Source: Acidimicrobiales bacterium (GTDB taxonomy: Bacteria > Actinomycetota > Acidimicrobiia > Acidimicrobiales > SZUA-35). From it: 64,000 nucleotides of DNA. Both the position numbers and the translations under genes were made by a program. Positions 43,744 through 53,015 of this stretch are shown here, piece after piece; the first letter of the stretch is position 1; each line of letters begins with the position of its first letter. The notes under the pieces are model-generated. The model worked only from the letters and a program-made list of their open reading frames with translations. It was not told the DNA's origin and did not search any database. The stretch lies in contig JBHJNQ010000046.1 in NCBI GenBank assembly GCA_050330635.1, forward strand, positions 2,808-66,807. The letters are read 5' to 3'.

Positions 43744-43802
43744 CCGGGAACTCCCGGTGCCCGGAGGGCACACCGGGAATCACGGGTGCCCGGAGGGCAC
43801 AC
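43744..43802. promoter_or_regulatory. repeated palindromes in the fxsA/selA divergent region (candidate operator or leader hairpins)
   Basis: An exact 18-bp direct repeat GGTGCCCGGAGGGCACAC occurs at 43756..43773 and 43785..43802. Each copy is an inverted repeat (GTGCCC-GGA-GGGCAC). A further palindrome, CCGGGAACTCCCGG, lies at 43744..43757. Confidence 0.4.
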
Positions 43803-43812
43803 TAGGGTCCCG

Positions 43813-45147
43813 ATGGTGAGCGCCTCATCCTCAACTGCGTCCTCGGGCCTCAGTGGTCGTCCGGCTGCGGACCGGCCCCCGTCGGTCGACGCCCTGGCCC
43901 AGCGGCTGGCCACCACATCCGACCTGCCCCACCCCATTCTCGTCGAGGTGGCCCGGGCCGCCATCGCCGCCGGTCGGGTCGACGAGGCCGAGACCATGGC
44001 CCGCGAGCGCGCCCGTCGGCTCCTCGCGCCGGTCATCAACGCCACCGGCGTCCTCCTCCACACCAACCTCGGCCGAGCGCCGATGGCGCACCGGGTGGAG
44101 GCCCGCTACGGCAACCTCGAGCTCGACCTCGACACCGGTCAACGGGGGAGCCGTCAACGGCCCGTGGGTGAGTTGCTGGCCACGGCCTCGGGAGCCGAGA
44201 CGGCCATGGTGGTCAACAACTGCGCCAGCGCCGTCCTACTGGTGCTCGCCGCGCTCGGGGCGGGCAGCGCCGTGGCGGTGAGCCGGGGGGAGCTGGTGGA
44301 GATCGGCGGCGCCTTCCGGGTACCCGATGTGATGGCCCAGTCGGGCACCCGGCTGATCGAGGTCGGCACCACCAACCGGACCCGGCTGGCCGACTACCGG
44401 CGGGCCGTTGACGACGGGGCCACCGCCGTGCTCAAGGTCCACCAGTCGAACTACCGCATCGTCGGCTTCACCGAGGAGACGACGGTGGCCCAGCTGGCCA
44501 CGGTCGGGGTGCCCGTCATCGTCGACATCGGCTCCGGCCTGCTCGACGCCGCCTGCCCCTGGCTCCCGGGACCGCCGCCGGCGTGGTTGGAGCAGGAACC
44601 GGCGGCCCGCCAGACCCTGGCCGCCGGGGCCGACATCGTGACCTTCAGTGGCGACAAGCTGTTCGGCGGCCCACAGGCCGGGATCATCGCCGGCCGGGCC
44701 GACCTGGTCGAGGCCTGCGGTCGTCATCCCCTGGCCCGGGCCCTCCGCCCCGGCGGCCTCGTCCTGTCGGCTCTGCAGGCCACCACCCTCGCCTACCTGC
44801 GGCGCGACGGTCGGGCGATACCGTTCTGGCGTATGGCGGCGCTCACCGTCGACGAACTCCGAGGACGGGCCGGTCGTCTCGCCTCCGCCGTTCCCGGCGC
44901 CACCACCGTCGACACCGAGGCCACCACCGGCGGCGGCACGCTGCCGACGGTGACCCTGCCCAGCGCCGGGATCCGGTTCCCCGGCGACCACACGGTCGCA
45001 CTGCGGGAGTACGACGTACCGATCATCGCCCGGGTGGTCGAGGGGGCCACCGTCCTCGACCTGCGAACCGTCGACGAGGCCGACGACCCCGTCGTCGCCG
45101 CCGCCCTCGCCCCCCACGGGGACCCGGCCCCCGAGGCCCGGCCGTGA
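43813..45147 (+). CDS. selA: L-seryl-tRNA(Sec) selenium transferase
   Basis: [15 protein letters not shown] and ...[15 protein letters not shown] (the PLP-Lys region) are typical of SelA. An alternative GTG start lies at 43786. Confidence 0.9.
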   Translation: MVSASSSTASSGLSGRPAADRPPSVDALAQRLATTSDLPHPILVEVARAAIAAGRVDEAETMARERARRLLAPVINATGVLLHTNLGRAPMAHRVEARYGNLELDLDTGQRGSRQRPVGELLATASGAETAMVVNNCASAVLLVLAALGAGSAVAVSRGELVEIGGAFRVPDVMAQSGTRLIEVGTTNRTRLADYRRAVDDGATAVLKVHQSNYRIVGFTEETTVAQLATVGVPVIVDIGSGLLDAACPWLPGPPPAWLEQEPAARQTLAAGADIVTFSGDKLFGGPQAGIIAGRADLVEACGRHPLARALRPGGLVLSALQATTLAYLRRDGRAIPFWRMAALTVDELRGRAGRLASAVPGATTVDTEATTGGGTLPTVTLPSAGIRFPGDHTVALREYDVPIIARVVEGATVLDLRTVDEADDPVVAAALAPHGDPAPEARP

Positions 45148-46868
45148 CCGTCGTCGCCACTGCGGGCCACGTCGACCACGGCAAGTCGACGCTCGTCCTC
45201 CGGCTCACCGGCACCGACCCCGATCGCTGGGACGAGGAGAAGGCCCGCGGCCTGACGATCGATCTCGGCTTCGCCGCCCTGGCCCTGCCGTCGGGCCGCG
45301 AGCTGTCGTTCATCGACGTGCCGGGTCACGTCCGATTCCTGCGCAACATGCTGGCCGGGGTGGGGGCGGTGGATGCCTGCGTGTTCGTGGTTGCCGCCAC
45401 CGAGGGATGGAAGCCCCAATCGGAGGAGCACCTCAGGATCCTGTCCCTGCTCGGCATCGAGCGAGGGGTGGTCGTGCTGACCAAGATCGACCTCGTCGAT
45501 GACGACCTCTACGCGCTGGCCCAGCTCGACGTCGAGGAGCATGTCGAGGGCACGTTCCTGGAGGGGGCGCCCGTGATCGGGGTGTCGGGGGTGACGGGCG
45601 CCGGGTTCGACGAGCTGCGTACCGCCCTCGATGAGCTGATGGACGCCCTGGCCGACCGCGACCCGACCGCCAGCCCTCGCCTCTGGGTCGACCGCTCGTT
45701 CTCCCCCGCCGGGGCGGGCACGGTGGTCACCGGCACGTTGGTCGGGGGCACGTTGGCCGTGGGTGACGAGGTCGGCGTCGTCCCCGGGCTACGCACGGCC
45801 CGCATCCGAGGCCTCCAGTCGCATCACCGGGGGGTGGACCGGCTCGGCCCCGGCAACCGGGTGGCCGTCAACCTGTCGGGCGTCGATCATCATGAGCTGG
45901 CCCGGGGCCATGTGCTGGTCAGGACGAGCGAGTGGCACCACACCACCACCGTCGACGCCGAGCTGACCGTGCTGGCCAGCCTCGACCATCCGGTCAGCCG
46001 GCGCGGCGCCTACCTTGCCTACGTCGGATCGGCCGAGCTGCCGTCGAAGGTCCGAATCATCGGCGGCCGGACCGAGATCGCCCCCGGGGCCACCGGGCCG
46101 GTGCGCCTCCACCTGAGCCACCGGCTGCCGCTGCTGCCTGGCGACCGGTTCATCCTGCGCGAGAGCGGCCGCGACGAGACGGTCGGTGGGGGCCGGATCC
46201 TCGACGTCGACCCGGTGCTCCCGGCCGCGGCGGCGGCCCCCGACCTGTCGGTGGAGCGGGTGGTGGCCGAGCGGGGGTGGGTCGACGTCGACCACCTGCG
46301 TCGCCTGACGGGGCGGGTCGTCCCTGCCGTGGTCGGCCGGTGGGTCGTGGCCGACGACGCCCTGGCCGCCACCAGCGAGGCCGTGGCGGCCCGAATCGGG
46401 GAGGCCGGTCCGCTCGGGCTCGATCTGGCCCTCCTCGACGAGCGGGAGCGGGCCGTCGTCGAGCTACTCGACGACGTGTCGGTCGAGGCCGGGCGGGCCG
46501 TCGTCGGCGCACCGGTCGACCCCCTGGCCGACCACCCGTGGGTGGCGGCGCTGGAAGCCGAACCCTTCAACCCGCCGGGACCCGACGGCGTCGACCGGGG
46601 CGAGGTCCGGGAGCTCGTGCGCCGGGGCACCGTCGTGGAGCAGGACGGTGTCCACTTCGCCAGATCGGCCGTGGAGCGGGCGGCCGTGATGTTGGCCCGG
46701 GTCCTGGCCGATCAGCCAGCCGGCTTCACCGTGGCCGAGGCCCGCGACATCCTGGGCACGACGCGCAAGTACGTACTGCCGTTGCTGGCCCATCTCGACG
46801 CCACGGGGGTGACCCGACGACGCGACGATCTACGGATCGCAGGGCCCCGTCTCCCCGACCCGGGGTGA
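45144..46868 (+). CDS. selB: selenocysteine-specific translation elongation factor
   Basis: GTGA overlap with selA. The GTPase motifs are [18 protein letters not shown] and TKID. C-terminal winged-helix-like repeats follow (..[20 protein letters not shown]). Confidence 0.9.
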   Translation: MTVVATAGHVDHGKSTLVLRLTGTDPDRWDEEKARGLTIDLGFAALALPSGRELSFIDVPGHVRFLRNMLAGVGAVDACVFVVAATEGWKPQSEEHLRILSLLGIERGVVVLTKIDLVDDDLYALAQLDVEEHVEGTFLEGAPVIGVSGVTGAGFDELRTALDELMDALADRDPTASPRLWVDRSFSPAGAGTVVTGTLVGGTLAVGDEVGVVPGLRTARIRGLQSHHRGVDRLGPGNRVAVNLSGVDHHELARGHVLVRTSEWHHTTTVDAELTVLASLDHPVSRRGAYLAYVGSAELPSKVRIIGGRTEIAPGATGPVRLHLSHRLPLLPGDRFILRESGRDETVGGGRILDVDPVLPAAAAAPDLSVERVVAERGWVDVDHLRRLTGRVVPAVVGRWVVADDALAATSEAVAARIGEAGPLGLDLALLDERERAVVELLDDVSVEAGRAVVGAPVDPLADHPWVAALEAEPFNPPGPDGVDRGEVRELVRRGTVVEQDGVHFARSAVERAAVMLARVLADQPAGFTVAEARDILGTTRKYVLPLLAHLDATGVTRRRDDLRIAGPRLPDPG

Positions 46869-46931
46869 CCTCCCGCGACCTCCCGGAGTCGATGCCGGAG
46901 GCCGATGCCGCGGTCGACGGCCGGTGCCCGC

Positions 46932-47186
46932 CTACCAGCCCCCGAGGGTGCGGCGCTCACCCTCGGTCATGCCGCCCCAGATCCCGTGCTGCTCCCGTAT
47001 CTGCAGGGCGTAGTTGCGGCAGTCGAGCTGCACCGGGCACTCGGCACAGATCTCCTTGGCCCGACGCTCCCTGAGTCGCTTCTCCGACCGGCGCTCCAAC
47101 TGCGACGGCGGGAAGAAAATCGCCTGGTTCGGGCCCCGACATGCCGCTCGATGCTGCCAGAGCACATCAATTGCTTGGGCACTCAT
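46932..47186 (-). CDS. whiB: WhiB-family Fe-S transcriptional regulator
   Basis: 84 aa. Four Cys (C..C-x2-C-x5-C: AACRG...CAECPVQLDC) are followed by GIWGG. Confidence 0.9.
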   Translation of the reverse strand: MSAQAIDVLWQHRAACRGPNQAIFFPPSQLERRSEKRLRERRAKEICAECPVQLDCRNYALQIREQHGIWGGMTEGERRTLGGW

Positions 47187-47252
47187 GTACGTCGCTTCCC
47201 CCTCTGCTCGCTGCGACCTTAGGTCGGTCGACCAGGGGAGACAAGTGGTTGC

Positions 47253-48617
47253 TCATCGTCGTTCCCGATAGTCTTTCGCCCCACCTTCTTCGGGCTCGAT
47301 CTCGAGCAGGAGGCGGTCGAGACCGACGACCCGGACCGGATCCCCGGCCTTGACCGGGGTGGCCCGGTTGGTGACGGCGCGCCAGCTGGCGTCGCCGATC
47401 CGGACCGTCCCCTCGGGGGCGACGTCGGTGACGGCCTCCCCCGTCTGGCCGATCATCCACCGGCGCCCGATGGTGGGCGTGGAGAAGCGGGTCCGCACCA
47501 TCGAGGGCATCCCGGCGTAGGCGTAGAGGATCACACCGACGATCCCGGAGATGATCGTCACCCACGACATGGAGACACCGTCGTACAGCAGGAAGGTCCC
47601 GGCCACGAACACGGCGATCCCGGCCGCGGTGTAGAGGCGGGGCACGTTGGTCTGGACATCGACGGCGATGAAGACCATCGCCACCAGGAGCAGCCCGATC
47701 GCCCACCAGCGGGTGGGCAGCGAGGCCAGGCCGTAGCTGCCGAGGGCGAGGAAGCCGGCCCCGAGCACCCCGGCGATGCCCACACCGGCCGTGAACAGCT
47801 CGAACACCAGCAGCCCGAGCCCGATGGCGAACAGCAGGTAGGCCACCTCGGGGCTGGCCACGGTGTGGAACAACTGGGCGGTGATCGGCAGACCCGAGAG
47901 CTCGGTCCGGGTGATCGGGATGGTACGGGGGGTCTCGGTCTCGGCATCGAGGCAGCGGAACGTCTCGTAGCCGGGAACCTGGGTCAGGAACGGACCGATG
48001 GTGGCCACGTCGGCCAAGGGGCCGACGGAGATGCCGAGCCGGACCGCCTCCTCGGCCCCGATGGTGGCGGTCTCGAGCCGCTCGGTGGCGTCACCGAAGG
48101 CCGGGGGGAACCGGTCGGGGAGCCGGGCCTCCCCCGTCGACCCGATCGTCGAGCCGGGCGAGACGCCGACGATGTCGACCATGCCCAACAGCTCGGCCGC
48201 ACCCCCCAGGGCGGTCGACCCGCTCTGGCCGACCCACGCCGCCGTGGTCAGGGGCGACTCGGCCAGTGCGGTGGCCAACTCCAGGTACTCCGGGCCGTCG
48301 AGCACCGAGCCGTTACTGTTCAGCCAGATCACGAGGGCGTTGGCGTCGTCCTCCTCGGCCGTCGCCAGCTCTGCCAGGAGGTGGTTGGCGACCACCGAGT
48401 CGATGAGACCGGCGACCTTGACCACCCGGACCACGGAATCGCCGGCGGCGACGTCGTCCAGGTCGGCGGGACAGGCCGTGAGCCCGTCGTCCTGGGCCCC
48501 CGCCGGTTCCGGCGACAGCGGGACGGTGGCCGCTACGGCCAGCAACAACGTGACGAGGCCGAGCCAGGAGCGGGCTAGCCTCCGGTTCGGTGTCAGCTGT
48601 CGAATTCTTCGCTTCAT
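47253..48617 (-). CDS. NfeD-family membrane-bound ClpP-class serine protease
   Basis: Starts at ATG 48617 (MKRRIRQ) with a signal peptide. A ClpP-like domain, a multi-TM region and a C-terminal OB-fold NfeD domain (IGQTGEAVTDVAPEGTVRIGDASWRAV) follow. Confidence 0.85.
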   Translation of the reverse strand: MKRRIRQLTPNRRLARSWLGLVTLLLAVAATVPLSPEPAGAQDDGLTACPADLDDVAAGDSVVRVVKVAGLIDSVVANHLLAELATAEEDDANALVIWLNSNGSVLDGPEYLELATALAESPLTTAAWVGQSGSTALGGAAELLGMVDIVGVSPGSTIGSTGEARLPDRFPPAFGDATERLETATIGAEEAVRLGISVGPLADVATIGPFLTQVPGYETFRCLDAETETPRTIPITRTELSGLPITAQLFHTVASPEVAYLLFAIGLGLLVFELFTAGVGIAGVLGAGFLALGSYGLASLPTRWWAIGLLLVAMVFIAVDVQTNVPRLYTAAGIAVFVAGTFLLYDGVSMSWVTIISGIVGVILYAYAGMPSMVRTRFSTPTIGRRWMIGQTGEAVTDVAPEGTVRIGDASWRAVTNRATPVKAGDPVRVVGLDRLLLEIEPEEGGAKDYRERR

Positions 48618-49537
48618 CGCGCGTCCTCGTCGTCGCCGGGAAGGGCGGGGTCGGGAAGACAACGGTAGGGGCAACGATCGGCGTCGCGGCAGCTCGCACC
48701 GGGGCCGACGTGCTACTGGTGGAACTCGAGGGGCGGAGCAACCTGGCCGCCCCCTTCGGCGTCGCCGCTCTCCGCTACGACGAGGTCGAGCTCGGCCGCT
48801 GGCCCGGCGGGGGCCGGCTGCGGGCCCGCCAGATCACCCCGGAATGGGCGCTGGAGGACTACCTCGACTCGAGTGGCCTGTCGATGATCACCAATCGGCT
48901 GGCCCGCACGGGGGCCGTCGACGTGGTCGCCACCGCCGCCCCCGGGATCCGCGACCTGCTGGCCCTGGGCAAGATCCGCCAGCTGGAGCAGTCCGGTGTG
49001 GCCGAGCTGATCGTGGTCGACGCCCCCGCCGCCGGTCACGCCGTGTCGTTCCTCCGAGCCCCGGCCGGGCTGGCCGCCTCGGCCGCCTCCGGCCCGGTAC
49101 GCCGCCAGGCCGACGAGGTACTCGCCATGTTCGCCGACGAGCGACGCTGCCGGGTACAACTCGTCACCACGCCCGAGGAGGCCCCGGTGACCGAGGTGAT
49201 CGAGACCGCCTTCGACCTCGAGGACACGGTGGGCATCAGCCTCGGACCGGTGGTGGTCAACGGTCGGTGGGCCCCCGTGCCCGGCCTGGTCGAGGCCGTG
49301 GCCAACGCCCCGCAGTCGCAGTCGCAGGGGCCAGCGGTGGCCGCCGCCCGCTACCGGCTGGGCCGGGTGGCCGCCGACACCGCCGAGATCGAACGGCTCA
49401 GAGCCGAGTTGCCCCTGGCCCAGGTGGTGCTCCCGTTCCTGTTCACCACCGACGTGGGGCGGAGCCACATCGACGACCTGGCGGCGGTCCTGACGGCCGA
49501 GCTCGACGCCCTCGATATGGCCGGTGAGGCCCGATGA
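48590..49537 (+). CDS. ArsA/Get3-like P-loop ATPase, subunit 1
   Basis: Deviant Walker A VVAGKGGVGKTTV, then ...IVVDAPAAGH. Its 5' end overlaps the divergent nfeD start by 28 nt if both starts are correct. Confidence 0.85.
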   Translation: MSAVEFFASSRVLVVAGKGGVGKTTVGATIGVAAARTGADVLLVELEGRSNLAAPFGVAALRYDEVELGRWPGGGRLRARQITPEWALEDYLDSSGLSMITNRLARTGAVDVVATAAPGIRDLLALGKIRQLEQSGVAELIVVDAPAAGHAVSFLRAPAGLAASAASGPVRRQADEVLAMFADERRCRVQLVTTPEEAPVTEVIETAFDLEDTVGISLGPVVVNGRWAPVPGLVEAVANAPQSQSQGPAVAAARYRLGRVAADTAEIERLRAELPLAQVVLPFLFTTDVGRSHIDDLAAVLTAELDALDMAGEAR

Positions 49538-50703
49538 GCGGCCTCCAACCGGGAGACCCCGACCGTCGCCACTCCGACCTTCGGGACCCCGACCGGCGCC
49601 ACCCTGACCTTCGGGACCCCGACCGTCGAGTCCTCGTGTGGCTGGGGGCGGGTGGGGTGGGCAAGACGACGATGGCGGCCGCCGGCGCCGTCGCCTCGGC
49701 CCGCGCCGGAGAGCGGGTGGTGGTGTTGACCATCGATCCGGCCCGTCGGCTCGGTGACGCCCTGGGCCTCGGCGGCGGGGCGGCACGACGCCTCGGCGGG
49801 GGCGCGGCCCTGGCCAACGAGCCCCGACTGGTCGAGGGACCGTGGCCGGGCGAACTGTGGGCCGCGGTACTCGATCCCGCCGAGACCCTGCAACGGCTGG
49901 TCAAGACCCACGGTGAGGCCGATCAGGTTGCCCGACTTCTCGACAACCGGCTCTTCGCCGCCATCACCAACACCCTCGGCGGGACCAGCGAGTACATGGC
50001 GGCCGAACGGCTCCATCAGCTCCACCGCGATCCACGATTCGACCGGGTGGTGATCGACACGCCGCCGTCCCGTCACGCCATCGACTTCCTCGACAGCCCG
50101 ACCAGACTCGCCAACTTCGTCGACAACCGCTTCTACCAGGCCATCTTCACCCCCCGGCGGGGCGTGCTGCGTTCGGTGAACGCCGCCGCCCAGGTGGTGC
50201 TGCGGCTGGTGGGGCGGGTGGTGGGGAGCGACCTGGTCGACGACGTCACCGGCCTGTTCCGGGATCTCGAGGGCCTCGACCGGGGTTTCAGGGACCGTGC
50301 GGTGGAGACGGCGGAGCTCCTGGCCGGCCCCGACTGCCGCTACGTGATCGTGACGTCGCCCCGGCGGCAGCCGATCCGGGAGGCGGGATGGATCGCCGAC
50401 AACCTCGAGCGACGGCACCGGCTCGTCGACGCCGTGGTCGTCAACCGGTTGACACCGTACGGCCGGGACCCGTCGATTCGACCCAGCGGTGCTCGGGGAA
50501 CCGACCGCGACGCCCTCGACGCCAACCTGGCGGAGCTCAGGCAGCTGGCGGTCGCCGAGGACGAACTGATCGAAGCGTCGGTGCGCCCCCTGGTGAACGG
50601 CCGCCTGATGGTCACGGTCGAGGACCGAGGCCATGCCGTGGCCAGCATAGACGAGCTGCTGGTGCTGGCCGATGCCCTCCGTCGCCTGATGGCAACGGTC
50701 TGA
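49534..50703 (+). CDS. ArsA/Get3-like P-loop ATPase, subunit 2, with an N-terminal decapeptide repeat
   Basis: ATGA overlap with subunit 1. Shows LGAGGVGKTTM and ...VVIDTPPSRHAIDFL. The N-terminus reads DPDRRHSDLR-DPDRRHPDLR-DPDRR. Confidence 0.85.
   Translation: MSGLQPGDPDRRHSDLRDPDRRHPDLRDPDRRVLVWLGAGGVGKTTMAAAGAVASARAGERVVVLTIDPARRLGDALGLGGGAARRLGGGAALANEPRLVEGPWPGELWAAVLDPAETLQRLVKTHGEADQVARLLDNRLFAAITNTLGGTSEYMAAERLHQLHRDPRFDRVVIDTPPSRHAIDFLDSPTRLANFVDNRFYQAIFTPRRGVLRSVNAAAQVVLRLVGRVVGSDLVDDVTGLFRDLEGLDRGFRDRAVETAELLAGPDCRYVIVTSPRRQPIREAGWIADNLERRHRLVDAVVVNRLTPYGRDPSIRPSGARGTDRDALDANLAELRQLAVAEDELIEASVRPLVNGRLMVTVEDRGHAVASIDELLVLADALRRLMATV
49555..49630 (+). repeat. 2.5 copies of a 30-bp tandem repeat inside the ATPase 5' end
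   Basis: gaccccgaccgtcgccactccgaccttcgg / gaccccgaccggcgccaccctgaccttcgg / gaccccgaccgtcgag. The repeat is in frame and encodes DPDRRH(S/P)DLR. Confidence 0.9.
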
Positions 50704-50719
50704 CCGGGCAGGGCAGGGC

Positions 50720-51070
50720 TCAGTCGCCGACGCCGTCGCCGGCCAGGGCGTCCTCGGCGTCCTCGATCGACTCGGTGACGGGAACGATGCGGTCGAAGCC
50801 GGTGGTGTGGAGGAGGCGGGTGAGGGCCGGGCGGGAGCAGGCGACGGCGACGGCCCCGTCGGCCTCACGGGCCCGGCGGATTCCCCCGATCAGGGCCCCC
50901 AGACCGGCGGAGTCCATGAACGGGACCTCGGAGAGGTCGATGAGGAGGTGGCTCTTTCCCGCCAGTTTGGCCAGCGCTTCGCGGAACGTGCCCACCGTGT
51001 AGGCGTCGAGCTCGCCCGACGGCCGACACAGCGTGTAGGCGTCGAACTCTTCGATGTGGATCTCGAGCAC
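50720..51070 (-). CDS. STAS-domain anti-sigma-factor antagonist (SpoIIAA/RsfB-like)
   Basis: GTG 51070 sits behind GGAAGGA. LLIDLSEVPFMDSAGLGALIG is the canonical STAS phospho-Ser region. The upstream 230 aa of the track ORF are a shadow frame. Confidence 0.8.
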   Translation of the reverse strand: MLEIHIEEFDAYTLCRPSGELDAYTVGTFREALAKLAGKSHLLIDLSEVPFMDSAGLGALIGGIRRAREADGAVAVACSRPALTRLLHTTGFDRIVPVTESIEDAEDALAGDGVGD

Positions 51071-51131
51071 GTGGACAGTCCTTCCCTCGTCCCGGGGGAA
51101 CGATACCGACGGTGGTGCCCGAGTGCTCGCC

Positions 51132-51563
51132 ATGGCGACGGCCGGAGTCGGGGACGGTAGCATTGGCGCCGTGACCACTGTGCTCCTGGCGACCGACTCC
51201 GACGAGCTGTTCGATGATGTCGACGCGGCCCTGGCCAGCGAGGATACCGACGTGCTGCGGGTCCGGGCCGGGGCCGACGTGGTTCCGGCGTGCCTGGCCC
51301 GCAAACCCGACGTGGTGATCCTCGATCTCCAGATCGGCAACATGGGCGGTTTCGCCACCTGCCTGGCCCTGAAGCAGGACCAGGAGGCGGGTCGGCTCGA
51401 CGCATGCCCGGTGGGGCTCCTGCTCGACCGCTCGGTCGACGTGTGGCTGGCCGGCGAGTCGCGGGCCGACGGCTGGCTGGTCAAGCCCATCGACTCCCTA
51501 CGGCTGCGCCGCCTCACCACCGAGCTGCTGGCGGCCGAGCCGCCGGCCCGCACCCCCGCCTGA
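51132..51563 (+). CDS. single-domain response regulator (CheY-like receiver)
   Basis: VLLATDSDE (acidic pocket), VVILDLQIGNMGG (phospho-Asp) and GWLVKP (conserved Lys). No output domain is present. Confidence 0.8.
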   Translation: MATAGVGDGSIGAVTTVLLATDSDELFDDVDAALASEDTDVLRVRAGADVVPACLARKPDVVILDLQIGNMGGFATCLALKQDQEAGRLDACPVGLLLDRSVDVWLAGESRADGWLVKPIDSLRLRRLTTELLAAEPPARTPA

Positions 51564-51644
51564 CGCCAGCGCCCCCGCCGGGGCGCACGAGGGCACGGGG
51601 TGGCGGCGTCGGCCGGCCACCGGCACCGCTCCCTGGCGGGGTCG

Positions 51645-51905
51645 TCACGTGCCGGTGGTGAGCAGGTACCCGCAGAACACGGCGCCCACGGCGGCGAGGA
51701 AACCCACCGCTCCACCGGCGGCGAGCGCCAGCCGTGACCGACCGACCTGGTGGACGGCGGCGGCAGCTCCACCGACGATCGCCGCCGTGATCTTGACGAG
51801 GAGGGTCACCTGATACTGGACCGAGGTGTCGCCGACCCGGATCTCGGCCAGACTCACAGTCCCGTCACCACGACGACGGCGAAGGCAGGCCACGCCACCC
51901 CTCAA
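51645..51905 (-). CDS. small hydrophobic ORF next to tRNA-Pro (possible remnant of a membrane protein)
   Basis: YQVTLLVKITAAIVGGAAAAVH...AVGFLAAVGAVFCGYLL forms two hydrophobic helices. The N-terminal 15 aa are Arg-rich and probably not real. No recognised family. Confidence 0.3.
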   Translation of the reverse strand: MRGGVACLRRRRGDGTVSLAEIRVGDTSVQYQVTLLVKITAAIVGGAAAAVHQVGRSRLALAAGGAVGFLAAVGAVFCGYLLTTGT

Positions 51906-51945
51906 CCGTTAGCCCACCCGTTCGCACGCCTCCGGCGTGTCTACG

Positions 51946-52019
51946 TCGGGTTGGGGAGATTTGAACTCCCGACCTCCTCGTCCCGAACGAGGCGCGCTAC
52001 CAACCTGCGCCACAACCCG
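51946..52019 (-). tRNA. tRNA-Pro (anticodon CGG)
   Basis: The minus strand reads CGGGTTGTGGCGCAGGTTGGTAGCGCGCCTCGTTCGGGACGAGGAGGTCGGGAGTTCAAATCTCCCCAACCCGA. The anticodon loop is TTCGGGA. CCA is not encoded. Confidence 0.9.
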
Positions 52020-52160
52020 TGTTGCTGTGGGCCCGAGCGTAGCCGATGTCGGCACCGTTCGGACCCGGAAACCGGTGGCCGTCCACCCGTCCGGTGGGTC
52101 GCCCGCCCGGCCCGCCACTAACGTCGCCATCGTCGGGGACCACCGAGGAGATCCACTGCC

Positions 52161-52940
52161 ATGGGCAACACCGTCACCTACGAACGCGAGGGCCACACGG
52201 CCGTCATCACCTACAACCGGCCCGAGGCCATGAACGCCGTCAACGGTGAGCTGCGGCGGGACCTGAACGCGGCGTGGGAGCAGCTGCGGACCGACGACGA
52301 GGCCTGGGTCGCCATCGTGACGGGCACGGGGCGGGCGTTCTGCGCCGGGGCCGACCTCAAGGACCCGGGCTCCGCCGTCGGCAACGACGAGCACTCGTTC
52401 TGGGAGGTGCCCAGCTTCACCTCCCTCGAGAGCGGCAAGGAGATCTGGAAGCCGATCATCGCCGCCGTCAACGGCCACTGCCTCGGCTTCGGCCTCACCC
52501 TGGTCTCGGCGTGCGACTTCGTGGTGGCCAGCGAGCAGGCCCAGTTCGGTTTCCCCGAGGTGCAGCTCGGCGTCCCCACGGTGCAGGGCGCCGTGCGCAT
52601 GCCCCGCATGATCGGCTGGCAGAACGCCATGGAGCTCCTCCTGCTCGGCGACCGGGTCGACGCCCACCGGGCCAAGGAGATGGGGCTCGTGATGAAGGTG
52701 GTCGCCCATGACGAGCTGATGGACCAGGCCCGGGCCCTGGCCCAGCGGCTCGTCGACAACGCTGCGCCGCTGGCGGTGCGGGCCACCAAGGAGATCGCCA
52801 GGCGGGGCCAGGAGATGCCGTTCCCCGACGCCATCCGTTTCGGGGAGACGATGCGGAAGGTGGCGGCCGCCACCGACGACGCCCGGGCGTTCAGGGCGGC
52901 GTCGGCCAAGGGCGACAGGCCCGCCTGGACCGGTCGCTGA
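52161..52940 (+). CDS. enoyl-CoA hydratase/isomerase (crotonase) family protein
   Basis: TYNRPEAMNAV and ...TGTGRAFCAGADLK (oxyanion hole) with ...IAAVNGHCLGFGL. Confidence 0.9.
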   Translation: MGNTVTYEREGHTAVITYNRPEAMNAVNGELRRDLNAAWEQLRTDDEAWVAIVTGTGRAFCAGADLKDPGSAVGNDEHSFWEVPSFTSLESGKEIWKPIIAAVNGHCLGFGLTLVSACDFVVASEQAQFGFPEVQLGVPTVQGAVRMPRMIGWQNAMELLLLGDRVDAHRAKEMGLVMKVVAHDELMDQARALAQRLVDNAAPLAVRATKEIARRGQEMPFPDAIRFGETMRKVAAATDDARAFRAASAKGDRPAWTGR

Positions 52941-53015
52941 GGGCCCGTTGTGACACACCCTCCGCCGACCTGGGAGTTCACCCCGATTTCTTGACACGGT
53001 CCGTGACATCATGGC

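Noticed and set aside
43756-49630. Tandem or direct repeats (an 18-mer x2 at 43756, a 30-mer x2.5 at 49555, hexamer and heptamer runs at 53555 and 5062) considered as possible CRISPR arrays.
   Set aside because: There are only 2-4 copies. There are either no unique spacers of CRISPR size or the repeat lies inside coding sequence, and no cas genes are present in the window.
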